From Promethearchaeum syntrophicum (GTDB lineage Archaea > Asgardarchaeota > Lokiarchaeia > Sigyniarchaeales > Promethearchaeaceae), in contig NZ_CP042905.2 in NCBI RefSeq assembly GCF_008000775.2, positions 2,430,001 through 2,462,000 of the forward strand: DNA of 32,000 bases, given 5' to 3'. This document shows, piece after piece, positions 1-7,458 of the stretch. The position numbers were made by a program, and so were the translations under genes. Numbering within the stretch: the stretch's first letter is position 1; the number at the start of each line of letters is the position of its first letter. Below the pieces are notes generated by a model. That model was not told the origin of the DNA, made no database searches, and was given only the letters and a program-made list of their open reading frames with translations.

Positions 1-1031
1 ATTCTTGTGTACACTTTTATACTAGGATATTTTTGATGAAAATGTGAAGTTAATTTAATGGTATCTGAAAACTCATCTTCTTCTTTCCAACAAATAAAAA
101 TTTGGGAAACTGTATTTAAATCGACGTGTTCTTCCAAGGCGTTTAAAATTGTTGCCTTATCGCTGATTAATGTAATAGTTGGATCATCATCGTAAAAACT
201 TTCATCAATATCAGGATCGATTAGGAAAGTTTCACGATGTTGTTCTCTACCTAAATATTCTGTAATTCGTTGAGCAAGGCTATCCCTTCCTAATACAACT
301 ACTTTTCCTCTTTCTCCTCTTGTCCATTCGCGTACTGATTCTAATGCCCAAGTTGATGTAGAAAAAGATAAAGCATTAAATGGTTCTCTTGCTAAATAGT
401 CAGAATAACTTTCTCCCAAAATTCGAGTATATATTGTGCATTTATTATTCAATTCCCTCACTTTCTCACAAACAACAATAATTTCTCGAACATCATTTAC
501 AACTAGAAATATTTCTTTTGCATGCTGTACACCAGCGAATTCAAGATTAGTAATATCGGTCGGGTCTCCAACAATAACGGGTTCTCCTTCAGAAATTAAA
601 AAATCAACATTTTCTTCATTTTCTTCAATTACTGTATAAGGTTTATTATGTTTTTGAAGATAATCCACAATTCTCCTACCAAAATGGTGATATCCGATAA
701 TAACTGAATGATTTCGTTGATTTTCGGCTACTAATTTTGAGGTTAAAACTGGATTAAACTTTTCGATTAAAGCTCCAAAGATAAACCCGATTACGATAAC
801 TTCTATTAAAATTGGCCACATTAACTGATAAAATCCTGAAAAATCCGATACAAAATTTGGGGACCGAATTCCAAAAGTGATTGCTATTAGGTGCCAAATG
901 TTTTGATCTGTTTCAAAAGCAATATAGTATGCAAAACCAATAATCCAAAATATAATACAGATGATGAACGGCCATTTATTATGCTTGATTTTTAATTTAA
1001 GATCAATCAATATACTTTTAATTCTTGACAT
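1..1031 (-). CDS. Ion-channel-like membrane protein with tandem RCK/TrkA-N domains (5' partial view: the start is inside the window, the C-terminus runs off the window edge)
   Basis: Not in the ORF track because it is open to the window edge. My translation from ATG at 1031-1029 gives MSRIKSILIDLKLKIKHNKWPFIICIIFWIIGFAYYIAF...AITFGIRSPNF...FYQLMWPILIEVIVIGFIFGALIEKF. That is two hydrophobic helices flanking a pore-loop-like segment. A TrkA-N/RCK Rossmann motif follows (HSVIIGYHHFGRRIVDYLQKHNKPYTVIEENEENVDFLISEGEPVIVGDPTD), then a second RCK-like unit (GKVVVLGRDSLAQRITEYLG). No stop occurs down to position 1. Confidence 0.6.
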   Translation of the reverse strand, partial: MSRIKSILIDLKLKIKHNKWPFIICIIFWIIGFAYYIAFETDQNIWHLIAITFGIRSPNFVSDFSGFYQLMWPILIEVIVIGFIFGALIEKFNPVLTSKLVAENQRNHSVIIGYHHFGRRIVDYLQKHNKPYTVIEENEENVDFLISEGEPVIVGDPTDITNLEFAGVQHAKEIFLVVNDVREIIVVCEKVRELNNKCTIYTRILGESYSDYLAREPFNALSFSTSTWALESVREWTRGERGKVVVLGRDSLAQRITEYLGREQHRETFLIDPDIDESFYDDDPTITLISDKATILNALEEHVDLNTVSQIFICWKEEDEFSDTIKLTSHFHQKYPSIKVYTR

Positions 1032-1107
1032 GATTATAAAATTGTATTAGTTTCATTTAATTGTTTTTCAAGAAATTTGAGAAAATGATAGAATTCGTGA
1101 TTATAAA

Positions 1108-3420
1108 ATGATTGATGCATCTTGGATCTTAAAAAATTTTAGTTTGCAATCAATCTCTTTCACGAGTTTTCTCAAAAATTGTCAAAATTTGGATGATAGT
1201 TTATTCTATAAGACTGCGTTTGATAATTGGAAAAAAAAATTTAGTCTAAAATTTATGATAACAAATAATTCTCATTTAGGATCTTATAATGATATTTCAT
1301 CAGAAAAAGATGTTTTTATTCGCTATAGTTATGCTGCATGGGTCATTTATAAAATTTCTACAATTATTAATATAGATTTTAAATTCCCTGAGAAAATATG
1401 GCAATTTTTTGAATGGTTTTCCAAACTAGAACCAAATCTTACAGCAATTTATCAAAAAAATATAATAGAACTACTTGAATTGAATAAACCATTAAAAATT
1501 TCAACTGAAGATTTATTTGGGGTTTTTTTAAATCACGTTTTAGAAAGGGATATTCAAGAAGAAAAGGGAATGTTCTACACTCCTGATATATTAGCTCATT
1601 TTTTATCTACTCAAGTAATTAAAATACAAAATTTACATCCACAATCTAATATTCTTGACCCAACTTGTGGTACTGGTAACATATTGATCGGATTATTGCA
1701 CAATATAGAAGCCTCGCCTTTATCCCCTCAAATTAAAAGGAAGTTTTATCAGCAAATTTATGGATTTGATGAAAATCCTGTTGCTATTTTGGCTACGATT
1801 ACAAATTTATCCAATAATCTACTTCAATTGGATTATGATATTGAAATTATTACAAAAATAGCGAAAAATTTTCGTTGTTTAGATGTTTTTACATTCTTTC
1901 AACTTGAAGAAAATCATGAATTTTTTAGATTCTTTGATTTGGTCATTGGAAATCTCCCCTGGAATGTTTTTAATAATATCCAAAACACAACTGTTAAATC
2001 TCAAATTGAAAGGATCGGAAAACATTATGATTTATTTATGACATGGAAAAATCGGTCAAATTTGGAAGTTTCAACAGTTCTCTTTGAAATAATTCATCAA
2101 AATTTACTTTCTTCTAGAGGCACGATTTGTTTCTTGGTACCTGCAAGTCTTCTAACGGCATCACAACATTCAAAATTTCGAAGATTCAATGGGTTGAAAA
2201 ATATCAATGTATTCCATATTAAACCCGATTTCTTTCCAATTCACTCTATTATTCTTTATGCAGAAAATTCCACTGTAAATTTAAAGAAAAATAAAAAATT
2301 CATTACTCAAGATATTATTGCAAATTACTATGAATTAGATAATAGTTCTAAAGAGTGGCATTTAATTAACGAACAAATTGAAACACCTTCATACGTTTCA
2401 GCTCATCGCGGTAAAGTTCTTGTAGGAAAATATTATTCAAAAGAAATAAATGAAGATATGATTCCGATAAGAAAATCATATTATTTTTCAAAAGTATACA
2501 GAGGAATTGATATTACTCCTAGAAGGTTATTATTTATTATTTGCAAAAAAGATAACGAATCTTGCATAGATGATTCGGATTTAATAAAAATTACCCCTGA
2601 TTTATCTCAAATTTCTTCTACTCAAAGCTCTACTTGGAATTTTATACCTTATAAAAGTGCAATTATTGAACAAAGCGAAGTTCGATTAGTAGTAAAAAGC
2701 ACAGATCTCATTCCTTATCATCTTTATAACAGCCATATCGCTTTTTTGCCATTGACAATTATTGATGGGCATTATAAACTAAAAAAACCTGATAATTTGC
2801 CTCCAAATGCTCAAAATCATTTGTATTTACTTGAATCGATTTATAAATCGCATCGAAAGCAAAATTCAAAAAATCGCACATTATATGAGAGTTTATCATA
2901 TGGAAAAAAACTAATCAACCCAAAATTACTTTCTCCTTTAAAAGTAATTTATCCTGTAGGTGGTTCTTATTGTAAAGCAGCATTATTAAGAAATGATGAA
3001 ATCTTAATTGATGTTACATTCTATTATTTGACTCCCAATTCAGAAGATGAAGCATATTATCTACTTGGATGGTTAAACTCCAATTTACTCAATAGAAATA
3101 TTCCACGGGTCTCAACTATCGGTGCTAATGGCAGCATTCGAGTAATCCATATGGCACCTTGGATGTTTCCTATTCCAAAATTTACTAATTCTGAACTGCA
3201 ATTGAAAATTGTTAAAATCTCTCGGTTTTTAGAAAATTATGTAAACGGACTTTATAGAAAGAAGCTGAATCTGGAAATCAAAAAAAAATCGAATGTTAAT
3301 GAAAATTATATCGGAAAAAATCTCTCTCTTTCCAAAATATATAAAATTTTGAAAAAAGATCGTATTTATAATGAAAATTTGAACGAATTAGATAATCTCT
3401 TACATTTGTTATTTGAATAA
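1108..3420 (+). CDS. Gamma-class N6-adenine DNA methyltransferase (Eco57I/TaqI-like, 770 aa) with a large C-terminal putative target-recognition region; no nuclease partner seen
   Basis: ATG start. The motif order is typical of gamma-class amino-MTases. It runs EEKGMFYTP (nt 1570-1584), SAM-binding motif I ILDPTCGTGNIL (nt 1654-1680), IYGFDENPVA, then catalytic motif IV VIGNLPW (nt 1948-1962; NLPW rather than NPPY/W). About 480 aa follow the catalytic motif. Confidence 0.75.
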   Translation: MIDASWILKNFSLQSISFTSFLKNCQNLDDSLFYKTAFDNWKKKFSLKFMITNNSHLGSYNDISSEKDVFIRYSYAAWVIYKISTIINIDFKFPEKIWQFFEWFSKLEPNLTAIYQKNIIELLELNKPLKISTEDLFGVFLNHVLERDIQEEKGMFYTPDILAHFLSTQVIKIQNLHPQSNILDPTCGTGNILIGLLHNIEASPLSPQIKRKFYQQIYGFDENPVAILATITNLSNNLLQLDYDIEIITKIAKNFRCLDVFTFFQLEENHEFFRFFDLVIGNLPWNVFNNIQNTTVKSQIERIGKHYDLFMTWKNRSNLEVSTVLFEIIHQNLLSSRGTICFLVPASLLTASQHSKFRRFNGLKNINVFHIKPDFFPIHSIILYAENSTVNLKKNKKFITQDIIANYYELDNSSKEWHLINEQIETPSYVSAHRGKVLVGKYYSKEINEDMIPIRKSYYFSKVYRGIDITPRRLLFIICKKDNESCIDDSDLIKITPDLSQISSTQSSTWNFIPYKSAIIEQSEVRLVVKSTDLIPYHLYNSHIAFLPLTIIDGHYKLKKPDNLPPNAQNHLYLLESIYKSHRKQNSKNRTLYESLSYGKKLINPKLLSPLKVIYPVGGSYCKAALLRNDEILIDVTFYYLTPNSEDEAYYLLGWLNSNLLNRNIPRVSTIGANGSIRVIHMAPWMFPIPKFTNSELQLKIVKISRFLENYVNGLYRKKLNLEIKKKSNVNENYIGKNLSLSKIYKILKKDRIYNENLNELDNLLHLLFE

Positions 3421-3440
3421 TACAAAAATTTAGTGTAAAT

Positions 3441-5042
3441 TCAAAATGTAAAAGTAACTTCTTGATCTGTGTAATCATCAAGAGTGGGTTCTGATTTCTG
3501 TACGATTTTTGATTTCTTTGCTTTTATTTTACTTCTTATTATGATCACTATTGTGGTAATACCAAAAACACATCCAATTATTATTAGAATAATGATTAAA
3601 TTATTGGATGAATTATTTGGAATTGACGATTTATCAAATGGGTTAGAGTTTAAGCTAATTTCTTCACTATCAGAATATCCGTCCCTATCCGTATCGCTAT
3701 TATTTTCATTTAAATCCAAAGTTATTTCAAGGATATCAGGTAAATTGTCGCCATCCTTATCGTTAGCATTGGAATGATGGAGTGCAGATCCCCCCATGCA
3801 AGGCCAAGGACCTGGTATTGCCCAAGGATAACCTCTCCCAACTAAACAATAAACACAGTTATCATGCGACCCAACCAAGATTTCAATTTTTCCGTCACTA
3901 TTTACATCACTAAGTACGGGGCTGGAATAAACAACATTATCTGTTGAAAACACCCATTCTCTAGATCCCGTTGTCCCCTTTAAACAATAAAGTTTGTTAT
4001 CATCAGAGCCAACCAAGACTTCCATATCACCATCTCCATCCACATCACCGAGTGCGGGGCTAGACCTAACACAGTTTTCGGTTGTAAACTTCCATTCCTC
4101 TTCTCCAGTGGAACCGTTAAGACAGTATACATTATTATCTTCAGATCCGACCAAGACTTCTATATCCCCGTCTTTATTTATATCACCGAGTGCGGGGCTG
4201 GAACTTATGCCATTTCCAGTTAAAAAATCCCATTCTTTTTGTCCCGTAGCCCCACTAAGACAATAAATTTTCCGATCATAGGAACCAACCAGAATTTCCA
4301 TATCACCATCTCCATTTATATCACCAAGAGCTGGGCTGGAGGTAACCCGATTTCCGGTAGTAAAAGACCATTCTTTATTTCCTGTTGAGCCGTCAAGGCA
4401 GTAGATTTTATTATCTTGGGATCCTACTAAGACTTCCATATCACCATCACCATCCACATCACCAAGTGAAGGGCTAGAACTAACCCAATCACCTGTTTTA
4501 AACTTCCATTCTTCATCTCCTGTCGCTCCATCAAGACAGTATAAATAGTTATTAATAGAACCTATCAAGATTTCTATATTTCCATCCGCGTCCACATCAC
4601 CGAGTGCAGGGCTGTTAAGAATAAGATTTCCAGTTGTAAATGCCCATTCTTCTACTCCCGTCGAACCGTCAAGACAATAGACTTTATTATCATAGGAACT
4701 TACGACGACTTCCATATTTCCGTCTCCATCCACATCTCCTAGCACGGGGTTGGACAAAACTATACCTCCGGTAGTAAAAAACCATTTTTCAACTCCTGTA
4801 GAACCATCAAGACAGTAGACTTTTTTATCATGTGATCCTACTAGAATTTCCATTTTTCCATTTCCATTCACATCACCGATTGCAGGGCTAGAACTAACCG
4901 AATCTCCAGTTGTAAACTCCCATGCTTGAGTACCGGTTTGACCAGAAAGTCCTGTTGATAGCTTTGCATCTTTCAAAATTACCCCTGGAAAAATGATCAA
5001 GGTCATTACAAGCCATACACCTAATAAGGTACTTTTTCTCAT
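3441..5042 (-). CDS. Type-I membrane protein: signal peptide, 8-bladed PQQ-like/FG-GAP-like beta-propeller, Ca-binding thrombospondin-type-3-like stalk, TM anchor, short cytoplasmic tail (paralog A)
   Basis: ORF track gives 3441..5132 from a TTG. The ATG at 5042 gives a classic signal peptide, MRKSTLLGVWLVMTLIIFPGVIL. Eight 46-aa repeats follow the consensus TGxxxWxFxTGxxVxSSPALGDVDGDGxMEVLVGSxDxKVYCLDGS. Then come PWAIPGPWPCMGGS, DTDRDGYSDSEE, the TM helix LIIILIIIGCVFGITTIVIII, and a tail ending EVTFTF. Confidence 0.8.
   Translation of the reverse strand: MRKSTLLGVWLVMTLIIFPGVILKDAKLSTGLSGQTGTQAWEFTTGDSVSSSPAIGDVNGNGKMEILVGSHDKKVYCLDGSTGVEKWFFTTGGIVLSNPVLGDVDGDGNMEVVVSSYDNKVYCLDGSTGVEEWAFTTGNLILNSPALGDVDADGNIEILIGSINNYLYCLDGATGDEEWKFKTGDWVSSSPSLGDVDGDGDMEVLVGSQDNKIYCLDGSTGNKEWSFTTGNRVTSSPALGDINGDGDMEILVGSYDRKIYCLSGATGQKEWDFLTGNGISSSPALGDINKDGDIEVLVGSEDNNVYCLNGSTGEEEWKFTTENCVRSSPALGDVDGDGDMEVLVGSDDNKLYCLKGTTGSREWVFSTDNVVYSSPVLSDVNSDGKIEILVGSHDNCVYCLVGRGYPWAIPGPWPCMGGSALHHSNANDKDGDNLPDILEITLDLNENNSDTDRDGYSDSEEISLNSNPFDKSSIPNNSSNNLIIILIIIGCVFGITTIVIIIRSKIKAKKSKIVQKSEPTLDDYTDQEVTFTF
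3834..4937 (-). repeat. Intragenic tandem array: 8 x 138-bp (46-codon) propeller-blade repeats in paralog A
   Basis: The period is visible in the translation (aa 66-433 of the 563-aa ORF). Each unit carries the W...SSP..GD(V/I)(D/N)GDG..E(V/I)LVGS...YCL.G. signature. Confidence 0.8.
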
Positions 5043-5211
5043 TACTCGATTCACTGATAATTTTGTAAACTTATTTCGAGCTAATAAAATTAATTTTAAA
5101 TAGTTTTGCCTTGGTTTTTGGTTTCTTATCAAATTTAATTCACTTTTAATTCCCTTTTTTTTAATATTTAAAATTGTTATTATAAAGAAAAAAAATTTTA
5201 GAATTCAAATT

Positions 5212-6816
5212 CTAAAATGTAAATGTGATATCCTCATCCGGTATTTCCGTTTTGTTGTCATCAAAAGTGGGTTCTAATTTCATTACTTTTTCAGATTTTT
5301 TTTTGTTTTTTCTAATTACGATAACCATAACTATTGTGGTTATTCCAAGAATGGATCCTACAATTATGATTATAGGAATTGTCCAATTAAAAGGAACTGA
5401 AGTAGAATCTAAGGGGTTTGAACCCGCTACAATTTCTTCACTATCTGAATAACCATCCCCATCTGTATCAATCTTATTTTCATTTAAACCCAAAGAAATT
5501 TCGAGGATATCAGGTAAACTGTCTTCATCATTATCGTAAGCATTGGAATGATGGAAGGCAGATCCTCCCATACAAGGCCAAGGACCTGGTATTGCCCACG
5601 GATCACCATTTCCAACTAAACAGTAGATTCTGCGATCATCAGATCCAAACAAGACTTCCATATCCCCATCCCCATCTACATCACCGAGAACAGCGCTGGA
5701 TTGAATATCATCTCCAGTTATATATCCCCATTCCTTAACTCCCGTGGCTCCGTCAAGACAGTAAATTTCCATATCATTGGAACCGATCAAGACTTCCATA
5801 TCCCCATCCCCATCTATATCACCGAGTGCAGGGCTGGAAGAAACTCCAGATCTGGTTGTAAATACCCATTCTTCCACCCCTGTAGCTCCATCAAGACAGT
5901 AGACATTATGGTCATAGGAACCTATCACAACTTCTATTTCACCATCACCATCTATATCACCAAGTGCGGGGCTTGATTCAACCCAATGTTCGGTTTTGAA
6001 TTCCCATTCTTTATCTCCCGTTTCACCATCAATACAATAGACTTTATAATCATAAGATCCTACTAAGATTTCCATATTTCCGTCCCCATCAACATCTCCG
6101 ATTGCAGGATTAGAACGAATACTATTTCTAGCCGTAAACACCCAATTTTCATTTCTCGTGTCACCGTCCAGACTGTAAACTTCACCATCCGAAGTACCGA
6201 CCAAAATATCCATATTCCCGTATCCATCTACATCACCGAGTGCAAGAGTACAAGAAATGCTACTTCCAATTGCAAAATCCCATTTTAAATATCCCGTGGC
6301 TCCGTCAAGACAGTAAATTTTTCCATTGTAAGAACTTATCAAGACTTCCAAATTCCCGCCTGCATTTATATCACCGAGAGTAAGACTAGAAGGAATATCA
6401 CTGTTAGTTGAATAAAACCATATTTCATCTCCAGTGGAACCGTCAAGACAGTAGACACTACCATTCGTGGCGCATATTAAAATTTCCAAATCCCCATTCT
6501 TATCTACATCTCCGAGTATGGGATTTGATATAATACCCCATCCAATGGTAAAATTCCATTTTTCATCTCCTGTAATTCCATCAAGACAGTAAACATTACC
6601 ATTTAAAGAACCTATTACGACTTCCATATTTCCATCCCCATCTACATCACCGAGAGCGGGGCTGGATTGAATTCTATCTTCAGTTGAAAATGACCATGCT
6701 TTAGAACCTATTTCGCCAGAAAAGGCTACTGATAACTCTGCATCTTCTGAAATCAGTAATGGAGAAAAAATAAAAGTCAATAAAAGCCATACTACTATTA
6801 AGATTTTTTTCTTCAT
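5212..6816 (-). CDS. Type-I membrane protein with 8-bladed PQQ-like/FG-GAP-like beta-propeller, Ca-binding stalk, TM anchor and TFTF tail (paralog B)
   Basis: ORF track gives 5212..6918 from a TTG, and there is an ATG at 6906. The ATG at 6816 gives the signal peptide MKKKILIVVWLLLTFIFSPLLIS. Architecture matches paralog A: 8 x 46-aa blades, DPWAIPGPWPCMGGS, DTDGDGYSDSEE, the TM helix IPIIIIVGSILGITTIVMVIVI, and a tail ending DITFTF. Confidence 0.8.
   Translation of the reverse strand: MKKKILIVVWLLLTFIFSPLLISEDAELSVAFSGEIGSKAWSFSTEDRIQSSPALGDVDGDGNMEVVIGSLNGNVYCLDGITGDEKWNFTIGWGIISNPILGDVDKNGDLEILICATNGSVYCLDGSTGDEIWFYSTNSDIPSSLTLGDINAGGNLEVLISSYNGKIYCLDGATGYLKWDFAIGSSISCTLALGDVDGYGNMDILVGTSDGEVYSLDGDTRNENWVFTARNSIRSNPAIGDVDGDGNMEILVGSYDYKVYCIDGETGDKEWEFKTEHWVESSPALGDIDGDGEIEVVIGSYDHNVYCLDGATGVEEWVFTTRSGVSSSPALGDIDGDGDMEVLIGSNDMEIYCLDGATGVKEWGYITGDDIQSSAVLGDVDGDGDMEVLFGSDDRRIYCLVGNGDPWAIPGPWPCMGGSAFHHSNAYDNDEDSLPDILEISLGLNENKIDTDGDGYSDSEEIVAGSNPLDSTSVPFNWTIPIIIIVGSILGITTIVMVIVIRKNKKKSEKVMKLEPTFDDNKTEIPDEDITFTF
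5608..6711 (-). repeat. Intragenic tandem array: 8 x 138-bp propeller-blade repeats in paralog B
   Basis: Spans aa 70-437 of the 568-aa ORF with the same 46-aa period as paralog A. Blades 2-4 are more degenerate (GDVDKNGDLE, GDINAGGNLE, GDVDGYGNMD). Confidence 0.8.
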
Positions 6817-7013
6817 TCCTTGATTGACCAGAATTTTGGTATTTTTAATTCGTCCATCAATAAAAGAATTTAATTTGTTCTGGTTAATATTTCGTGATTT
6901 TACCATTTTTTTCACCAATATATCATCTTTATATTATATTACAATGTGAACAAGCTAGGTAATAAACGTTTTGGATGATCAAACGGTTTTTTTGTCTAAA
7001 AAAATTAGACATT

Positions 7014-7024
7014 AAAAAGAAAAA
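7014..7024 (-). terminator. Oligo-T tract immediately 3' of tRNA-Gly (archaeal-type terminator candidate), followed by a GTCTAA/TTAGAC hairpin at 6994-7010
   Basis: The minus strand reads TTTTTCTTTTT directly after the tRNA discriminator base. A perfect 6-bp inverted repeat with a 5-nt loop sits at 6994-7010. Confidence 0.35.
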
Positions 7025-7125
7025 TGCGCCATCCGGGAATTGTTCAATAGCGGGAAATCCGTATATTGTTGAACCCGGGTCTCCAGGTTGGGAACCTGAA
7101 ATGCTAACCGCTACACAAATGGCGC
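7025..7125 (-). tRNA. tRNA-Gly (anticodon CCC) interrupted by a 29-nt intron in the T-loop
   Basis: Hand fold of the minus strand. Acceptor GCGCCAT/ATGGCGC is 7 perfect bp. D-arm is GTGT-AGCGGTTA-GCAT. Anticodon stem is TCAGG/CCTGG with loop TTCCCAA, giving anticodon CCC. The variable region is 4 nt (AGAC). T-stem CCGGG/CCCGG encloses 36 nt instead of 7. Discriminator is A and no CCA is encoded. The mature length would be 72 nt. Confidence 0.8.
7040..7068 (-). other. Non-canonical tRNA intron (29 nt; junction within a duplicated CAA, drawn here at position 58/59)
   Basis: The intron reads CAATATACGGATTTCCCGCTATTGAACAA. Its removal leaves the T-loop TTCAATT. The pre-tRNA can form a central 4-bp helix GTTC/GAAC, flanked by an AA|C bulge, an inner helix AATA/TATT, and a relaxed 3' bulge AA|T(TC). 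This is a relaxed bulge-helix-bulge. Confidence 0.6.
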
Positions 7126-7152
7126 GATATAGTAAAAAATATTGAAAAGAAT

Positions 7153-7458
7153 TTAAATTAATTCAATTTCCACAAGTACAGCTTCAGGAAACATAATCTT
7201 CATAATCAATACCATGCTTCTTTCATCCGCATTTATGTCGATCAGACGTTTATGTATCCGTAATGTATAGTGTTCCCAAGTAATTGTGCCCTCTCCACAA
7301 GGGCTTTTTCGAGTTGGGATTATAAGGTTTTTCGTTGGTAATGGAACAGGACCATACATCTTTACACCAGTTTTCTTTACTACCATTTTTACTTCATTAA
7401 TAACTTGGTCAAGAGCACCCATATCAGGGGAGCTTAATCTTATTCTTGCACGTTGCAT
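7153..7458 (-). CDS. rps10: 30S ribosomal protein uS10 (archaeal S10)
   Basis: 101 aa, MQRARIRLSSPDMGALDQVINEVKMVVKKTGVKMYGPVPLPTKNLIIPTRKSPCGEGTITWEHYTLRIHKRLIDINADERSM. It is near-colinear with archaeal S10 (PLPTK...PTRKSP.GEG..TW...R.HKRLIDI.ADE). Confidence 0.95.
   Translation of the reverse strand: MQRARIRLSSPDMGALDQVINEVKMVVKKTGVKMYGPVPLPTKNLIIPTRKSPCGEGTITWEHYTLRIHKRLIDINADERSMVLIMKIMFPEAVLVEIELI

Noticed and set aside
1-5132. The 770-aa methyltransferase as part of a restriction-modification, BREX-like or other defence locus.
   Set aside because: No nuclease, specificity subunit, helicase/ATPase, phosphatase or protease typical of such systems is adjacent. The neighbours are a channel and surface propeller proteins. 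It is therefore reported only as a solitary methyltransferase.
3484-5976. Plus-strand ORFs in the supplied track inside the two propeller genes (3484..3777, 3994..4266, 5225..5452, 5418..5738, 5701..5976).
   Set aside because: They lie antisense to much longer ORFs with clear repeat and domain structure. Their translations are low-complexity (Ser/Pro/Ile-rich) mirror images of the Gly/Asp-rich repeats, which is typical of shadow ORFs.
3834-6711. Regular 138-bp periodicity, which could be mistaken for a CRISPR array or satellite repeat.
   Set aside because: The period is exactly 46 codons and stays in frame. It encodes propeller blades, and there are no short invariant direct repeats separated by unique spacers. 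No CRISPR array is present anywhere in the window.
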